Of a stretch of 64,000 bases of DNA, positions 9,133 through 17,721 are shown one piece after another. The translations under genes were made by a program, and so were the position numbers. The notes below the pieces were generated by a model. That model had not been told where the DNA came from and ran no database searches. It was given only the letters and a program-made list of their open reading frames with translations. The stretch's first letter is position 1. Every line of letters begins with the position of its first letter. This DNA is from a virus. The DNA is taken from IMG/VR virus record IMGVR_UViG_3300049460_000196, positions 49,104 to 113,103 of that record, one strand, 5' to 3'.

Positions 9133-9506
9133 ACACCCTTTGCGATGTCAGGATGTTTTGCCAGCAAAGTAGCCAACAGTTCTTTCTCTGCCGCCTCGTC
9201 TTTGGCTTTCTTCTTCAGTGCCTTTTCCTTACGGGTGAGATCAGCTTTTGCTTTACGTTGACGTTCTGCTTCTTCTTCCTTAGCAATAATATCCACGTAG
9301 TCGCGAACAGTTTTCTTGATGAAAGCTGCTTCGTCTGCTGGACGTTCAATGATCGAAAAGTTCATACGATGCGATGCACCATACAGCTTGTTATAGGTAT
9401 CTTCGTCAACTTCAGTCCACTCAGTGATTGAATTTACGATCTGATCGCAATCATCACCATAATTATAGTAGAAGTCGCGAGTGGTTATAATGGCAATTTT
9501 TCTCAT
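9129..9506 (-). CDS. hypothetical coiled-coil protein
   Basis: 125 aa, overlapping stop/start with neighbour. Confidence 0.65.
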   Translation of the reverse strand: MRKIAIITTRDFYYNYGDDCDQIVNSITEWTEVDEDTYNKLYGASHRMNFSIIERPADEAAFIKKTVRDYVDIIAKEEEAERQRKAKADLTRKEKALKKKAKDEAAEKELLATLLAKHPDIAKGV

Positions 9507-9522
9507 TTGCTCTTGTTATTGT

Positions 9523-9593
9523 TGGACCCACCTGCTGGGCTCGAACCAGCCTCACAGAGGTCGGAGCTCTGTGGCGTCTCCCTACGAGGTGAG
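9523..9593 (-). tRNA. tRNA-Arg(CCG), compact fold
   Basis: 6-bp anticodon stem ACAGAG/CTCTGT, loop CT-CCG-AC, CCA. Confidence 0.75.
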
Positions 9594-9600
9594 TTATGTT

Positions 9601-9684
9601 TGGTCTCGGTGACAGGAGTCGAACCTGCAAAAGCCTGGGGTCTAGACCCAGTAGGTGTACCTGATTTCCATGAGCCACACCGAG
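9601..9684 (-). tRNA. tRNA-Leu(TAG), expanded D region, short variable loop
   Basis: acceptor, anticodon and T stems intact; loop TC-TAG-AC. Confidence 0.7.
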
Positions 9685-9693
9685 GTAATTCTA

Positions 9694-10324
9694 TTATTCA
9701 ACTATTTGATTTGCAGCCATCGTGGCATCGATTTTTCGTTGTTGATCCTGATCATATAATCGAACAAAAATTAGTTCAATACGTTGACTCCATTGCTGAT
9801 CACGAATTTCCTTTTCAGTCTTCTCCGCTGAAGCAATGGCGAGATCAACAGCACGATCATCTGGAAAAATATGGACCACAGATGACGAAGCAAAATCACC
9901 ACCATTGACATGCTTGGTTATAATCAATACCGGACAAGTCATTTTCGTTTTTGTTGTTGATAAGCCAGGGTCATCACGTGTGTGATTTCGTCATCGTCGG
10001 TGTGATATACCTCACTACCATCTGCATACTTGACTTTACAATATTTCTTGCGGGAATCAAGTAAGTGGAGATCACCATACTCAACTGAAAGCATGATGCG
10101 ATTGCTCGTGATTTCAATCATACCGGATAGCGGATGACTTCACCTGCCGCCAAGGCTTTAACTTGCTCAGCCAACTGTTCTTGAATCAGCAACAGCTCTG
10201 CTTTTGTGGTGATGTGTTTTTTGCTGTCGTCAGCAAAGATCACCATACAATCAACATTTTCTGGATGATCGTAATTGTAGTCTACCGACTTGATGTACAG
10301 CGGATATTTGTCCATGTAAGCCAT
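9694..10324 (-). other. three small overlapping hypothetical ORFs (9694-9942, 9939-10121, 10118-10324)
   Basis: 4-nt stop/start overlaps; the last two share CxVx(Y/F)ADxS. Confidence 0.6.
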
Positions 10325-10386
10325 TCAAATGCTCCTCGAAAGCATTATGGTAACAAGACAAATACTTGATGTCTAATTATGAATTC

Positions 10387-10462
10387 TGGTGCTGATGAAG
10401 GGGATCGAACCCTTGACCTCTTCCTTACCGAGAAAGTGCTCTTCCAACTGAGCTACATCAGC
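10387..10462 (-). tRNA. tRNA-Thr(GGT)
   Basis: cloverleaf, C33, CCA. Confidence 0.9.
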
Positions 10463-10493
10463 GTTGAAGGGACGGGAAGAACTCCCGTCCCTT

Positions 10494-11063
10494 TTAGTTA
10501 CCTGGCAACAGGCGACTTTTCTTCTGCACACCAGCCAGCAAAAATTCCATCTGGTCAGCCAGGATGTTGCGGTTACGCATGATCAATCCTTCGTTACGGT
10601 CAGGTACGTATGGTACGTACAAGAGTGGCATTTTTGCTTCTTCAGGAGTACGGTCAGCTTTACGACTGTTGCATGGCTCGCAAGCCGCAACAATGTTCTG
10701 CCATGTGAATGGACCACCACGCGAGTCTGGCATGATGTGTTCCATGCGCAGGTCATCTTTATGGAACTGACCACCGCAGTAAGCACAGGTGTGACGGTCA
10801 CGAAGAACCAGAGCATCCTTGCTCAAAGCAATCGACAAGCGGTGACGCTGATCGCTCTTGCCCTTTACTGCGATAATGGTTGGCACTCGCATGGTGGACT
10901 GGTCACCATCACGATTGTGACCTCCGCGCAGAGTGATCTGCTCATCGCCCATTTCCCAAAGAATCTTACCCAGCGATTGCAGGTAAGCGTAGTGTTCAAT
11001 ATCTGACCACTGGGTTGGCGTACCATACGCATCCAGTGTCAATATCCGTATCCGATCCAACAT
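10494..11063 (-). CDS. HNH endonuclease
   Basis: RDRHTCAYCG...EHIMPDSRGG...NIVAACEPCNSRK. Confidence 0.9.
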   Translation of the reverse strand: MLDRIRILTLDAYGTPTQWSDIEHYAYLQSLGKILWEMGDEQITLRGGHNRDGDQSTMRVPTIIAVKGKSDQRHRLSIALSKDALVLRDRHTCAYCGGQFHKDDLRMEHIMPDSRGGPFTWQNIVAACEPCNSRKADRTPEEAKMPLLYVPYVPDRNEGLIMRNRNILADQMEFLLAGVQKKSRLLPGN

Positions 11064-11101
11064 ATCGTACCTCCTTTCAGTTATCAGTTATTTAATCAAA
11101 C

Positions 11102-11129
11102 AAAAGGCCCAGGAATTCCTGGGCCTTTT
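11102..11129. terminator. palindromic intrinsic terminator
   Basis: AAAAGGCCCAGGAATTCCTGGGCCTTTT. Confidence 0.75.
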
Positions 11130-11145
11130 CAATTGTGTGTATCGC

Positions 11146-11550
11146 TTAGAGTGCAAGTAAGGGTGGTAAACCTATTCCTGCTCGCAACCTCTGACAATCT
11201 GGATTCGGCGTACCATCATCCATCCAGACTGGAAATTCCCTACATACTGATGGACGGTTGGTGTAAATTGCACAACCGATACCACCGACACCAATCTCAC
11301 CCTGGAGTGCAGAGCAGCGACCATTACCACATTCAGTACCAGTCATGCACGCCATGAAATCATTGACCTTAGATGTCAATGCAACGGGCACCGTACCACC
11401 AACATCAGTCGTTTCACCCTGGTAGAATGAAACCCGGTAATGGGAGCAGCAAATGCCGCAAGTCAAGCATGGATTGTCTGGGCCGTCAGGCATGTCAATA
11501 AAGACCTTGCCGTCATCCTGAACCCTGGATATTTGTTTGATCGTTTCCAT
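11146..11550 (-). CDS. YkgJ-family cysteine cluster (Zn/Fe-chelating) protein
   Basis: CLTCGICC...CSAL...CAIYTNRPSVCREF. Confidence 0.85.
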   Translation of the reverse strand: METIKQISRVQDDGKVFIDMPDGPDNPCLTCGICCSHYRVSFYQGETTDVGGTVPVALTSKVNDFMACMTGTECGNGRCSALQGEIGVGGIGCAIYTNRPSVCREFPVWMDDGTPNPDCQRLRAGIGLPPLLAL

Positions 11551-11560
11551 GACGGCCTCG

Positions 11561-11863
11561 TCAGACCTTAATAGCAATGTTGACGTTATCCATTTCCATA
11601 AGACCCTGGTGATACACATCTTCGCTATCGATGTACAGGCGAATTTCTTGGTTGTTCATGTTTGTGTCAACTTCCATCCACCAAGCTTCTTGGTCGCGTG
11701 GTGGATAACCAAATACACGAACAATCTCATGACTGATTTGCAGAATGTTGTGGGTATAAAAGTTGAAGCGGAAACCGAATTTGGATTTCTTGGGCTTGAA
11801 TTCGTGCATGGCAACCTCGTGATTAGAAGTTGCCAGTTTAACTGGCAGAATGCTATTTTGCAA
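11561..11863 (-). CDS. hypothetical protein
   Basis: 100 aa ORF. Confidence 0.55.
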   Translation of the reverse strand: MQNSILPVKLATSNHEVAMHEFKPKKSKFGFRFNFYTHNILQISHEIVRVFGYPPRDQEAWWMEVDTNMNNQEIRLYIDSEDVYHQGLMEMDNVNIAIKV

Positions 11864-11883
11864 ACGGCATTCTTCAGGTATAC

Positions 11884-12444
11884 TTAGATATATGCCGAAC
11901 GAATCTGATCGTACAATTCAGCTTTGGCCTTTTGCTTACCGATTGGTCCAAGCTTGTTGATGGTGCGCAGATATGCGTTGAATGGCTGCAATACCGATTC
12001 ATATTTGTCTTCCACGTCCGGGCCTGGATTCGTCAATGCTTCAATGAGGACGGACAATACGGCATCTGCACCAGTGCCAACATGGTTGATCAAGGCAGTC
12101 ATTACCGTATTTGGAGTTACACCCGCCATATCACCAACATAATCGGAAACGTTATCTGGGTTTGCAACCAAGAAGTCATACATTGAATCGCAGTAGTCTT
12201 TCATGAACGCTGGCAGATCAATACCGAACGACTCAAAAGTTCTCGGCTCAAAATTCTTTCGATCACCACGACGTTCAGCTGCTGCTTGTTTGTTACGGGT
12301 TCTGATGTTTTCAATCTCGCGGAATGCCGCATCGCGTGCTTTCGCATTTACTTCAGGACTGAATTCATCACTGTATTGCCACAAGCTCGAGAGCTTTGGG
12401 ACTGGTTCAGCTTCCATTAATTGTTTGATTTCGTTGAATCGCAT
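11884..12444 (-). CDS. hypothetical late protein
   Basis: MRFNEI start, ATAAATA upstream. Confidence 0.7.
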   Translation of the reverse strand: MRFNEIKQLMEAEPVPKLSSLWQYSDEFSPEVNAKARDAAFREIENIRTRNKQAAAERRGDRKNFEPRTFESFGIDLPAFMKDYCDSMYDFLVANPDNVSDYVGDMAGVTPNTVMTALINHVGTGADAVLSVLIEALTNPGPDVEDKYESVLQPFNAYLRTINKLGPIGKQKAKAELYDQIRSAYI

Positions 12445-12479
12445 AAGATACTCCCATTAAGAGAGTATTTATCTTGTGG

Positions 12480-12555
12480 TGGTGCCCATTACCAGAATCG
12501 AACTGATGGCCTCCTGATTACGAAACAGGCACTCTTCCAACTGAGCTAAATGGGC
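12480..12555 (-). tRNA. tRNA-Thr(CGT)
   Basis: cloverleaf, CCA. Confidence 0.88.
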
Positions 12556-12556
12556 T

Positions 12557-12877
12557 TTAAACTTTGGCGCGAGCTACAAAGAGCTGCATGGCTTTCTGAA
12601 TATCAATGCTGTACAGGTTAGGCCCAATCAACTCACTCATTGGTAAGTTGCGGCCAGGAGCCCGGTAGGCTTTGATCTGATGTACGTTATTGGCACTGAG
12701 GAATTGAATCAACTCAGCCAACAATCGACGAGTGATTACACCGTGAAGACCAGTCACCCAGACTACATGGGGTGTTTCCCACATGAGCGTACAAATGGCG
12801 TCATATGGTGCATACGGGTCGGTGGATGACTCGTTGAAGAATCGAACTTGCGAGGTTACCGTAGTGTGTCGAATCAT
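12557..12877 (-). CDS. hypothetical protein
   Basis: 106 aa ORF. Confidence 0.6.
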   Translation of the reverse strand: MIRHTTVTSQVRFFNESSTDPYAPYDAICTLMWETPHVVWVTGLHGVITRRLLAELIQFLSANNVHQIKAYRAPGRNLPMSELIGPNLYSIDIQKAMQLFVARAKV

Positions 12878-12921
12878 ATTTCACCATAAATGTATTCCTG
12901 TATTTATGGTGAATCTATGGT

Positions 12922-13197
12922 TCATTTACTACATGTAATTGGCTGAACTGGATTGCCACGGAAACCTGGTTGATACACTTGCACCAAGGCCACGCCACCA
13001 GCACCATTACTGGTATTCGACTTTTCCTGCGAAGCAACAGCAAACACGAAGCCACTCAAGCATACCGTGTTGACTGTTACCGTTGCATTGTTGTTAGTCT
13101 TAGTTGATACCGACTCTGGGCGAAACACAGGAGCAACGGCATCAGCCGCAAATGCGGTACTGGCGAGCAACAGGGTAGTGAGGATTACTTTTTTCAT
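12922..13197 (-). CDS. small exported protein
   Basis: signal peptide MKKVILTTLLLASTAFA. Confidence 0.7.
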   Translation of the reverse strand: MKKVILTTLLLASTAFAADAVAPVFRPESVSTKTNNNATVTVNTVCLSGFVFAVASQEKSNTSNGAGGVALVQVYQPGFRGNPVQPITCSK

Positions 13198-13209
13198 ATT
13201 TGATATTAT

Positions 13210-13962
13210 TGGGGGCGGGTGGAGGACTCGAACCTCCGACAACGTCCTTACAAGGGAATTGAGGGTTATGCTGTGACTATCCTGATCAGGATCGTGCCTT
13301 TCGGCTTCTACAGCTAAATAAGGTCGCGAGATTGCAGTCTCCACCTTTCTAACGCTTTCAAGGAGCATCAGCATGGATATTTATCCGCCAACTTTTCTTT
13401 ATATAAAACAACACGCAATTACTGGCAAACTTTACTTTGGCAAAACCGCAAAGGACCCAGAAACTTATTTGGGATCAGGCACTTATTGGCGCAAGCATAT
13501 CAAAAAACATGGAACAGAACATGTCATTACTGTGTGGTATTGTTTGTTTTATGACACGACAACAATAAGTGAATTTGCATTATCATTTTCGGCAATGCAC
13601 AACATTGTTGAATCTACAGATTGGGCAAATCTTAGGCCTGAAAATGGTCTAGATGGTAACCTTCCTGGAAATGTCCCGTGGAATGTCGGACTAGAAGCAC
13701 ACAATAAAGGCACAACCAGTCCAAACAAAGGGCGAACTTTGTCAGTTCGTTCTCAAGAACATAAAGACAAAATATCAGCAAGCTTAACTGGTAAAACCAA
13801 GTCTAGTAAACCTCAACCCAATCGAAAAGCACGGGTACATGTAAAACACGACACCGTAATCTGCCCTCATTGCGGAAAAACTGGCGGAAGTAATATAATG
13901 GGTAGGTGGCATTTTTCTAATTGTCCAGCTAAGACGTGCTCTACCAACTGAGCTAACCCGCC
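13210..13962 (-). pseudogene. split tRNA-Thr(TGT) (5' half 13932-13962, 3' half 13210-13254)
   Basis: GGCGGGT/ACCCGCC acceptor and CGTCT/GGACG anticodon stem across a ~680-bp insert. Confidence 0.85.
13373..13951 (+). CDS. GIY-YIG (Seg-like) homing endonuclease
   Basis: FLYIKQH...LYFGKT...YLGSG, NUMOD3-like segment, CPHC zinc knuckle. Confidence 0.85.
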   Translation: MDIYPPTFLYIKQHAITGKLYFGKTAKDPETYLGSGTYWRKHIKKHGTEHVITVWYCLFYDTTTISEFALSFSAMHNIVESTDWANLRPENGLDGNLPGNVPWNVGLEAHNKGTTSPNKGRTLSVRSQEHKDKISASLTGKTKSSKPQPNRKARVHVKHDTVICPHCGKTGGSNIMGRWHFSNCPAKTCSTN

Positions 13963-13972
13963 CAAAAACTGT

Positions 13973-14308
13973 TTAGCAGCCTGCCGCAGGGCCGCGATGT
14001 GCCATGCCGTAGGCAATGTGATCGGAATTACTACCCGCCTCTGCAAGCATTTTGGCCATGCGAGCGCGAGTCATATCATCTTCGAGACGTTTAGCTTCAG
14101 CTTCAGTCTGGATGGCAAGTTGCAGGTGATTGCCGATGATGTTCAGCTTTTCTTGAGTAATGCCGGTCGGTTTACTGACTTCCAGATAACCACGGAGCCA
14201 GTAAACGAAATCGCGAGAATTCATTGGAGTTAATCCTTGTTGTTGTTCAATAGCTAGACGTCGAATCCCGTCTACCAGTGCCTGTAATAAGACTTGTTTG
14301 CTCATCAT
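13973..14308 (-). CDS. hypothetical protein
   Basis: ORF with FVYWLRGYLE segment. Confidence 0.6.
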   Translation of the reverse strand: MMSKQVLLQALVDGIRRLAIEQQQGLTPMNSRDFVYWLRGYLEVSKPTGITQEKLNIIGNHLQLAIQTEAEAKRLEDDMTRARMAKMLAEAGSNSDHIAYGMAHRGPAAGC

Positions 14309-14346
14309 GTGGCAACTATACAACAACAAGGTGGTACCATGCAAGC

Positions 14347-14763
14347 TTACATGATATCCAGATAATCAAACCGTTCGTCAGGAGACATTGGCGCTTCTTC
14401 GCTCAACATCTTGGGATTGAACGCCTTCAGGAAAGCCTGAATGTCGGCTTGGGAAATGCTTGTGATCTCGTCGTAAACCTTGTACTGCCATTCCACGAGT
14501 TCACGCTCGGAGAGGCGATCAGGCATGACCACAACGTCGCAAGCATCGAAGCTCGACGCTGGGTTGCTCCAACCGAAGTCGTTTATCCTAGGACGAATCT
14601 CGGCGAGAACGCTCGCAACATCGGACAGCTTAACGTTGCAGACCACAAGCTCGGTATGCGAACCTTTTGGACGCCAGCTTTGAGGCACTTCTCCGGTGCC
14701 GTCCCAATCCTCAACACCCTTGTTGATCCAGTACTGACCCGTTATCGCGATTTGAACCAGCAT
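14347..14763 (-). CDS. hypothetical protein
   Basis: start MLVQI after AAGGAG. Confidence 0.65.
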   Translation of the reverse strand: MLVQIAITGQYWINKGVEDWDGTGEVPQSWRPKGSHTELVVCNVKLSDVASVLAEIRPRINDFGWSNPASSFDACDVVVMPDRLSERELVEWQYKVYDEITSISQADIQAFLKAFNPKMLSEEAPMSPDERFDYLDIM

Positions 14764-14773
14764 CGAGTGCTCC

Positions 14774-15139
14774 TTAAGATTGGAAGATCGTGGTGCCGTA
14801 CAGTTCATCGATGGTAAGGAAATCTACCACTGGCCGTCGGCCATTAACGAAGCCAAAAATCAGGCTGATGTATTTGAAACCGTTGACCAGTTCGCGGTTC
14901 ACGTCGACCGTGCATGGGTAACCAGCAGCACGAAACTTAGCTGCCAAGCGTTTCGCTGGCAACAGCTCGGATTTGTAGGGGTCAATCGTCAGGCGAGTAA
15001 AACCACCTTGCACAATCGACACATCACTTTTGTCGAACGTGTAACCAGCTGTTTGCATGAGTGCGACCATGTTGTTGATCGTCTTCTGTGCTTTTTTGCT
15101 TGGCTGTTTCATCTTCTGCTCCGCTTGTCTGTTTACCAT
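14774..15139 (-). CDS. hypothetical protein
   Basis: 121 aa ORF downstream of a promoter. Confidence 0.6.
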   Translation of the reverse strand: MVNRQAEQKMKQPSKKAQKTINNMVALMQTAGYTFDKSDVSIVQGGFTRLTIDPYKSELLPAKRLAAKFRAAGYPCTVDVNRELVNGFKYISLIFGFVNGRRPVVDFLTIDELYGTTIFQS

Positions 15140-15145
15140 GTTCCT

Positions 15146-15174
15146 ATTATAGGTTCATTTGAAACATGAATCAA
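15146..15174 (-). promoter_or_regulatory. sigma70-like early promoter
   Basis: TTGATT-17nt-TATAAT. Confidence 0.7.
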
Positions 15175-15192
15175 GCAAAAGATGAAAATATT

Positions 15193-15271
15193 TGGTAGCT
15201 GTGGTCGGCCTCGAACCGACAGAACCCTTTGTTTTGAGCAAAGGAGGTATTCCAATTCCCTTCACACAGCC
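15193..15271 (-). tRNA. tRNA-Leu(CAA), short variable loop
   Basis: cloverleaf, loop CT-CAA-AA, CCA. Confidence 0.8.
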
Positions 15272-15277
15272 ATTGTT

Positions 15278-15352
15278 TGGTGGAGCTAGTGGGACTCGAA
15301 CCCACGACCTACGACATGCCATGCCGCCGCTCTCCCTCTGAGCTATAACCCC
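15278..15352 (-). tRNA. tRNA-Ala(GGC)
   Basis: cloverleaf, G3.U70, CCA. Confidence 0.92.
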
Positions 15353-15358
15353 ATTGTT

Positions 15359-15442
15359 TGGTCCCCTGGGCGAGATTCGAACTCGCAAAAGCCTGCCTTC
15401 TGACGACAGTAGGTGTACCAGATTTCCACTAGCCACCAGGGG
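15359..15442 (-). tRNA. tRNA-Leu(CAG), expanded D region, short variable loop
   Basis: paralog of 9601..9684; loop GT-CAG-AA. Confidence 0.7.
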
Positions 15443-15451
15443 TAAAAATAC

Positions 15452-15624
15452 GTATTAGGGAAGGCAGGTTGGATTCAGGGATTGCCGCCCCTTGCACCAA
15501 CTTTCGGACTTGGCCCATTAGCCGCACAGACAGGGAACGTCGACTCCCCTATCCAGCATCCGACACTACCGTTCGACTTCCACATCAGTGCCTGTTCCTA
15601 CCAGGTTGCTGCCTTCTCTAATAC
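15452..15624 (-). ncRNA. structured RNA closed by a 16-bp terminal helix
   Basis: GTATTAGAGAAGGCAG / CTGCCTTCCCTAATAC, between tRNA genes. Confidence 0.55.
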
Positions 15625-15653
15625 ATACTTGGTATTTCATACTTGAAAAACTT

Positions 15654-15731
15654 TGGTGGATATGGGGAGACTCGAACTCCCACACGACGGTCTCTGAAAC
15701 CGCCAGGTATACCAATTCCCTTCACATATCC
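15654..15731 (-). tRNA. tRNA-Leu(CAG), short variable loop
   Basis: cloverleaf, loop TT-CAG-AG, CCA. Confidence 0.8.
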
Positions 15732-15733
15732 TT

Positions 15734-15809
15734 TGGTGCTGTTAGTTGGACTCGAACCAACCACCTCATACCTACCAAGTATGTGCTCTGCCAGATGAGC
15801 TATAACAGC
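15734..15809 (-). tRNA. tRNA-Thr(GGT)
   Basis: cloverleaf, CCA. Confidence 0.9.
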
Positions 15810-15810
15810 A

Positions 15811-15886
15811 TGGACCCACCAACACGACTCGAACGTGCGACCTCCTGAGTCGAAATCAGGCGCTCTTCCAACTGAGCTACGGTGGG
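15811..15886 (-). tRNA. tRNA-Arg(TCG)
   Basis: cloverleaf, CCA. Confidence 0.88.
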
Positions 15887-15887
15887 A

Positions 15888-16172
15888 TTAACTTTTGAAC
15901 ACGGAGTCTAACCACCAATGTGGGAACAAACCGTCCTCATACAACTCTTGCTTGAACAACGTGCCCAAGCACATATCCTCTTTCCACATTTTCACATGGA
16001 CATTCAGATACATTTTACCAACAGCATAACCATTATTGCCTGACACTGGTGTGCCAAATGATTCGCCGTTAAACAACTCCAACATAGCGTCATCGCTATG
16101 ATCTAACACATGATCCCAGTGACGAGAAAAGACTCTGTACACTTCGCACATGCGTTTGAACTTCTTACTCAC
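15888..16172 (-). CDS. hypothetical protein
   Basis: 94 aa ORF. Confidence 0.6.
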   Translation of the reverse strand: MSKKFKRMCEVYRVFSRHWDHVLDHSDDAMLELFNGESFGTPVSGNNGYAVGKMYLNVHVKMWKEDMCLGTLFKQELYEDGLFPHWWLDSVFKS

Positions 16173-16278
16173 ACCGTTGATGGTTAGCTTTGGCTGACCT
16201 TTGTTGCGTTTAGCTGTGACATGGCATCCTCCAGGGTTATTATTCGATTTCTATAGTCACGACGAAAGACGATGAGTC

Positions 16279-16392
16279 TTAGATTGCCAGTGCTGCCAGG
16301 CGCAAGGTGGTCGTGGTTGCCAAACCCAGAGTCAGAGCGGTTGCGGTAACGGTTAGCGATAAGTCAGCTTTTACGTAAGTGCGGTTGCTCAT
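16279..16392 (-). CDS. 37-aa Thr/Ala/Leu-rich peptide
   Basis: MSNRTYVKADLSLTVTATALTLGLATTTTLRLAALAI, GGAG RBS. Confidence 0.45.
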   Translation of the reverse strand: MSNRTYVKADLSLTVTATALTLGLATTTTLRLAALAI

Positions 16393-16414
16393 ATGAGACT
16401 CCATGGGTTAAAAG

Positions 16415-16490
16415 TGGTGGTGATGAAGGGATTCGAACCCCCGGTCCTCTCCGTATGAAGGAGTTGCTTTACCAACTAAGCTACATCACC
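16415..16490 (-). tRNA. tRNA with CAT anticodon (Met/Ile2)
   Basis: cloverleaf, loop TT-CAT-AC, CCA. Confidence 0.85.
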
Positions 16491-16770
16491 GTATTGATTG
16501 TATTGCATAAACCAAGCTGGGCAGCGTTGCCCGCAAAGTCCATTCAAATTCAGGTCTTGTTTGATTCAAGCTTATTATATCACCCAAAGGAAATACTCGA
16601 CCGTCTGGGTGCAAATAAGTGAATCGCATTTTGTTTGGATACCATTGGTAGAAAGTAGCTGGGCAAACCTTTGGATCATCCCTTGGGATCAGTATGCCAG
16701 TCACACCGCAGTCGCACAGGCGATGCGTCATAACTGCTGCAACTATCTTCTTAAATGTCTCTACCGTCAT
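16486..16770 (-). CDS. hypothetical protein
   Basis: start MTVET, between tRNAs. Confidence 0.5.
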   Translation of the reverse strand: MTVETFKKIVAAVMTHRLCDCGVTGILIPRDDPKVCPATFYQWYPNKMRFTYLHPDGRVFPLGDIISLNQTRPEFEWTLRATLPSLVYAIQSIR

Positions 16771-16781
16771 GGTATCATGTT

Positions 16782-16858
16782 TGGTTGCGGATGGGTGGAT
16801 TCGAACCACCGACGTAGAGGTTATGAGCCTCCTCTTCTGACCACTGAATTACACCGCA
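16782..16858 (-). tRNA. tRNA-Met(CAT), initiator-like body
   Basis: cloverleaf with bulged acceptor stem, CCA. Confidence 0.8.
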
Positions 16859-16948
16859 TTTGTTTGATCGACCCTCTTGCGAGGATGGCACTTTCTACAG
16901 CAGCCACTCCGTCTGTGAGCTTACGCTCGATCACTAAGCCGAAACCTG

Positions 16949-17257
16949 TTATCGTTTGACCAACTTACCGTCAACGACTTTAAATTCTTCATCTTCGAGT
17001 GGATGTGGCTCATCCACTTTGCTATCTGGGGTTGCCAATGCAGGATTGAGAACCTTTACTGTCTCCCAGAGCTTCCAGTCTATCGAATCAATTTTGGTTT
17101 GCATCTGTGCCAACTTATCGTTGATGCCCTGGAGGCCATATGCCATCACACGAAACATCTCAAGTTGAACTTCAATTTGCAAACGCTGCAATATTACGGG
17201 ATCTTCTGAATCCAAAGCATTCCGGTAACTCTTTACTGTATTTTCTATATCGCTCAT
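16949..17257 (-). CDS. hypothetical protein
   Basis: 102 aa ORF. Confidence 0.65.
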   Translation of the reverse strand: MSDIENTVKSYRNALDSEDPVILQRLQIEVQLEMFRVMAYGLQGINDKLAQMQTKIDSIDWKLWETVKVLNPALATPDSKVDEPHPLEDEEFKVVDGKLVKR

Positions 17258-17325
17258 ATGTCTCTCGCAGGATCAAGTCCTTTCTTGTTATTATACGGAC
17301 AAGAGACAACAGTGCAATATATGAT

Positions 17326-17402
17326 TGGTGGACAAGACCAGGAATCGAACCCGGCTTCCTCCGCCCTACTTCCAAGGCGACTGATTAGCGGATCACTTGC
17401 CC
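17326..17402 (-). ncRNA. tRNA-like RNA, G3.U70 acceptor, non-canonical anticodon loop
   Basis: GGGCAAG/CTTGTCC-ACCA, T loop TTCGATT. Confidence 0.65.
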
Positions 17403-17408
17403 AATGAC

Positions 17409-17484
17409 TGGTTGTTGAGAACGGGATCGAACCGTTGACCTGAGGTTTATCGAACCCCTGCTCTACCGACTGAGCTACTCAACA
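17409..17484 (-). tRNA. tRNA-Ile(GAT)
   Basis: cloverleaf, C33, CCA. Confidence 0.9.
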
Positions 17485-17492
17485 TCATATAA

Positions 17493-17554
17493 CTGGATGC
17501 CATTCTTTGGTTTTCGGAAAAGGAAAATTTAGAAAGGTTTGCTGTTGGCATCCA
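17493..17554 (-). ncRNA. stem+CAGCAA repeat RNA, copy A (CT-TTT-CC loop)
   Basis: TGGATGCCA/TGGCATCCA stem, ACAGCAA, hairpin TTTTC-CTTTTCC-GAAAA. Confidence 0.7.
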
Positions 17555-17621
17555 AAACTTGGTAGGATAAGTCAAGTATTCCCTTTGGCGGGGAACGTAG
17601 TTTATCAAACTTATCCAAAAC

Positions 17622-17706
17622 TGGTACCCTGGGCGAGACTCGAACTCGCAAACCTTACGGCACATGGACCTGAACCATGCGTGTCTTCCAATTCCACCAC
17701 CAGGGC
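17622..17706 (-). tRNA. tRNA-Leu(CAG)
   Basis: class II cloverleaf, CCA. Confidence 0.92.
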
Positions 17707-17721
17707 ATTACTGTATTACTA

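Noticed and set aside
9601-9684. Amber suppressor (CTA) reading
   Set aside because: A symmetric 5-bp stem centres TAG in the 7-nt loop, and the paralog at 15359 has CAG
15500-15600. Hammerhead-like CTGATG...CGAAA on the minus strand
   Set aside because: Core reads CUGAUGU rather than CUGAUGA, and the three stems could not be built
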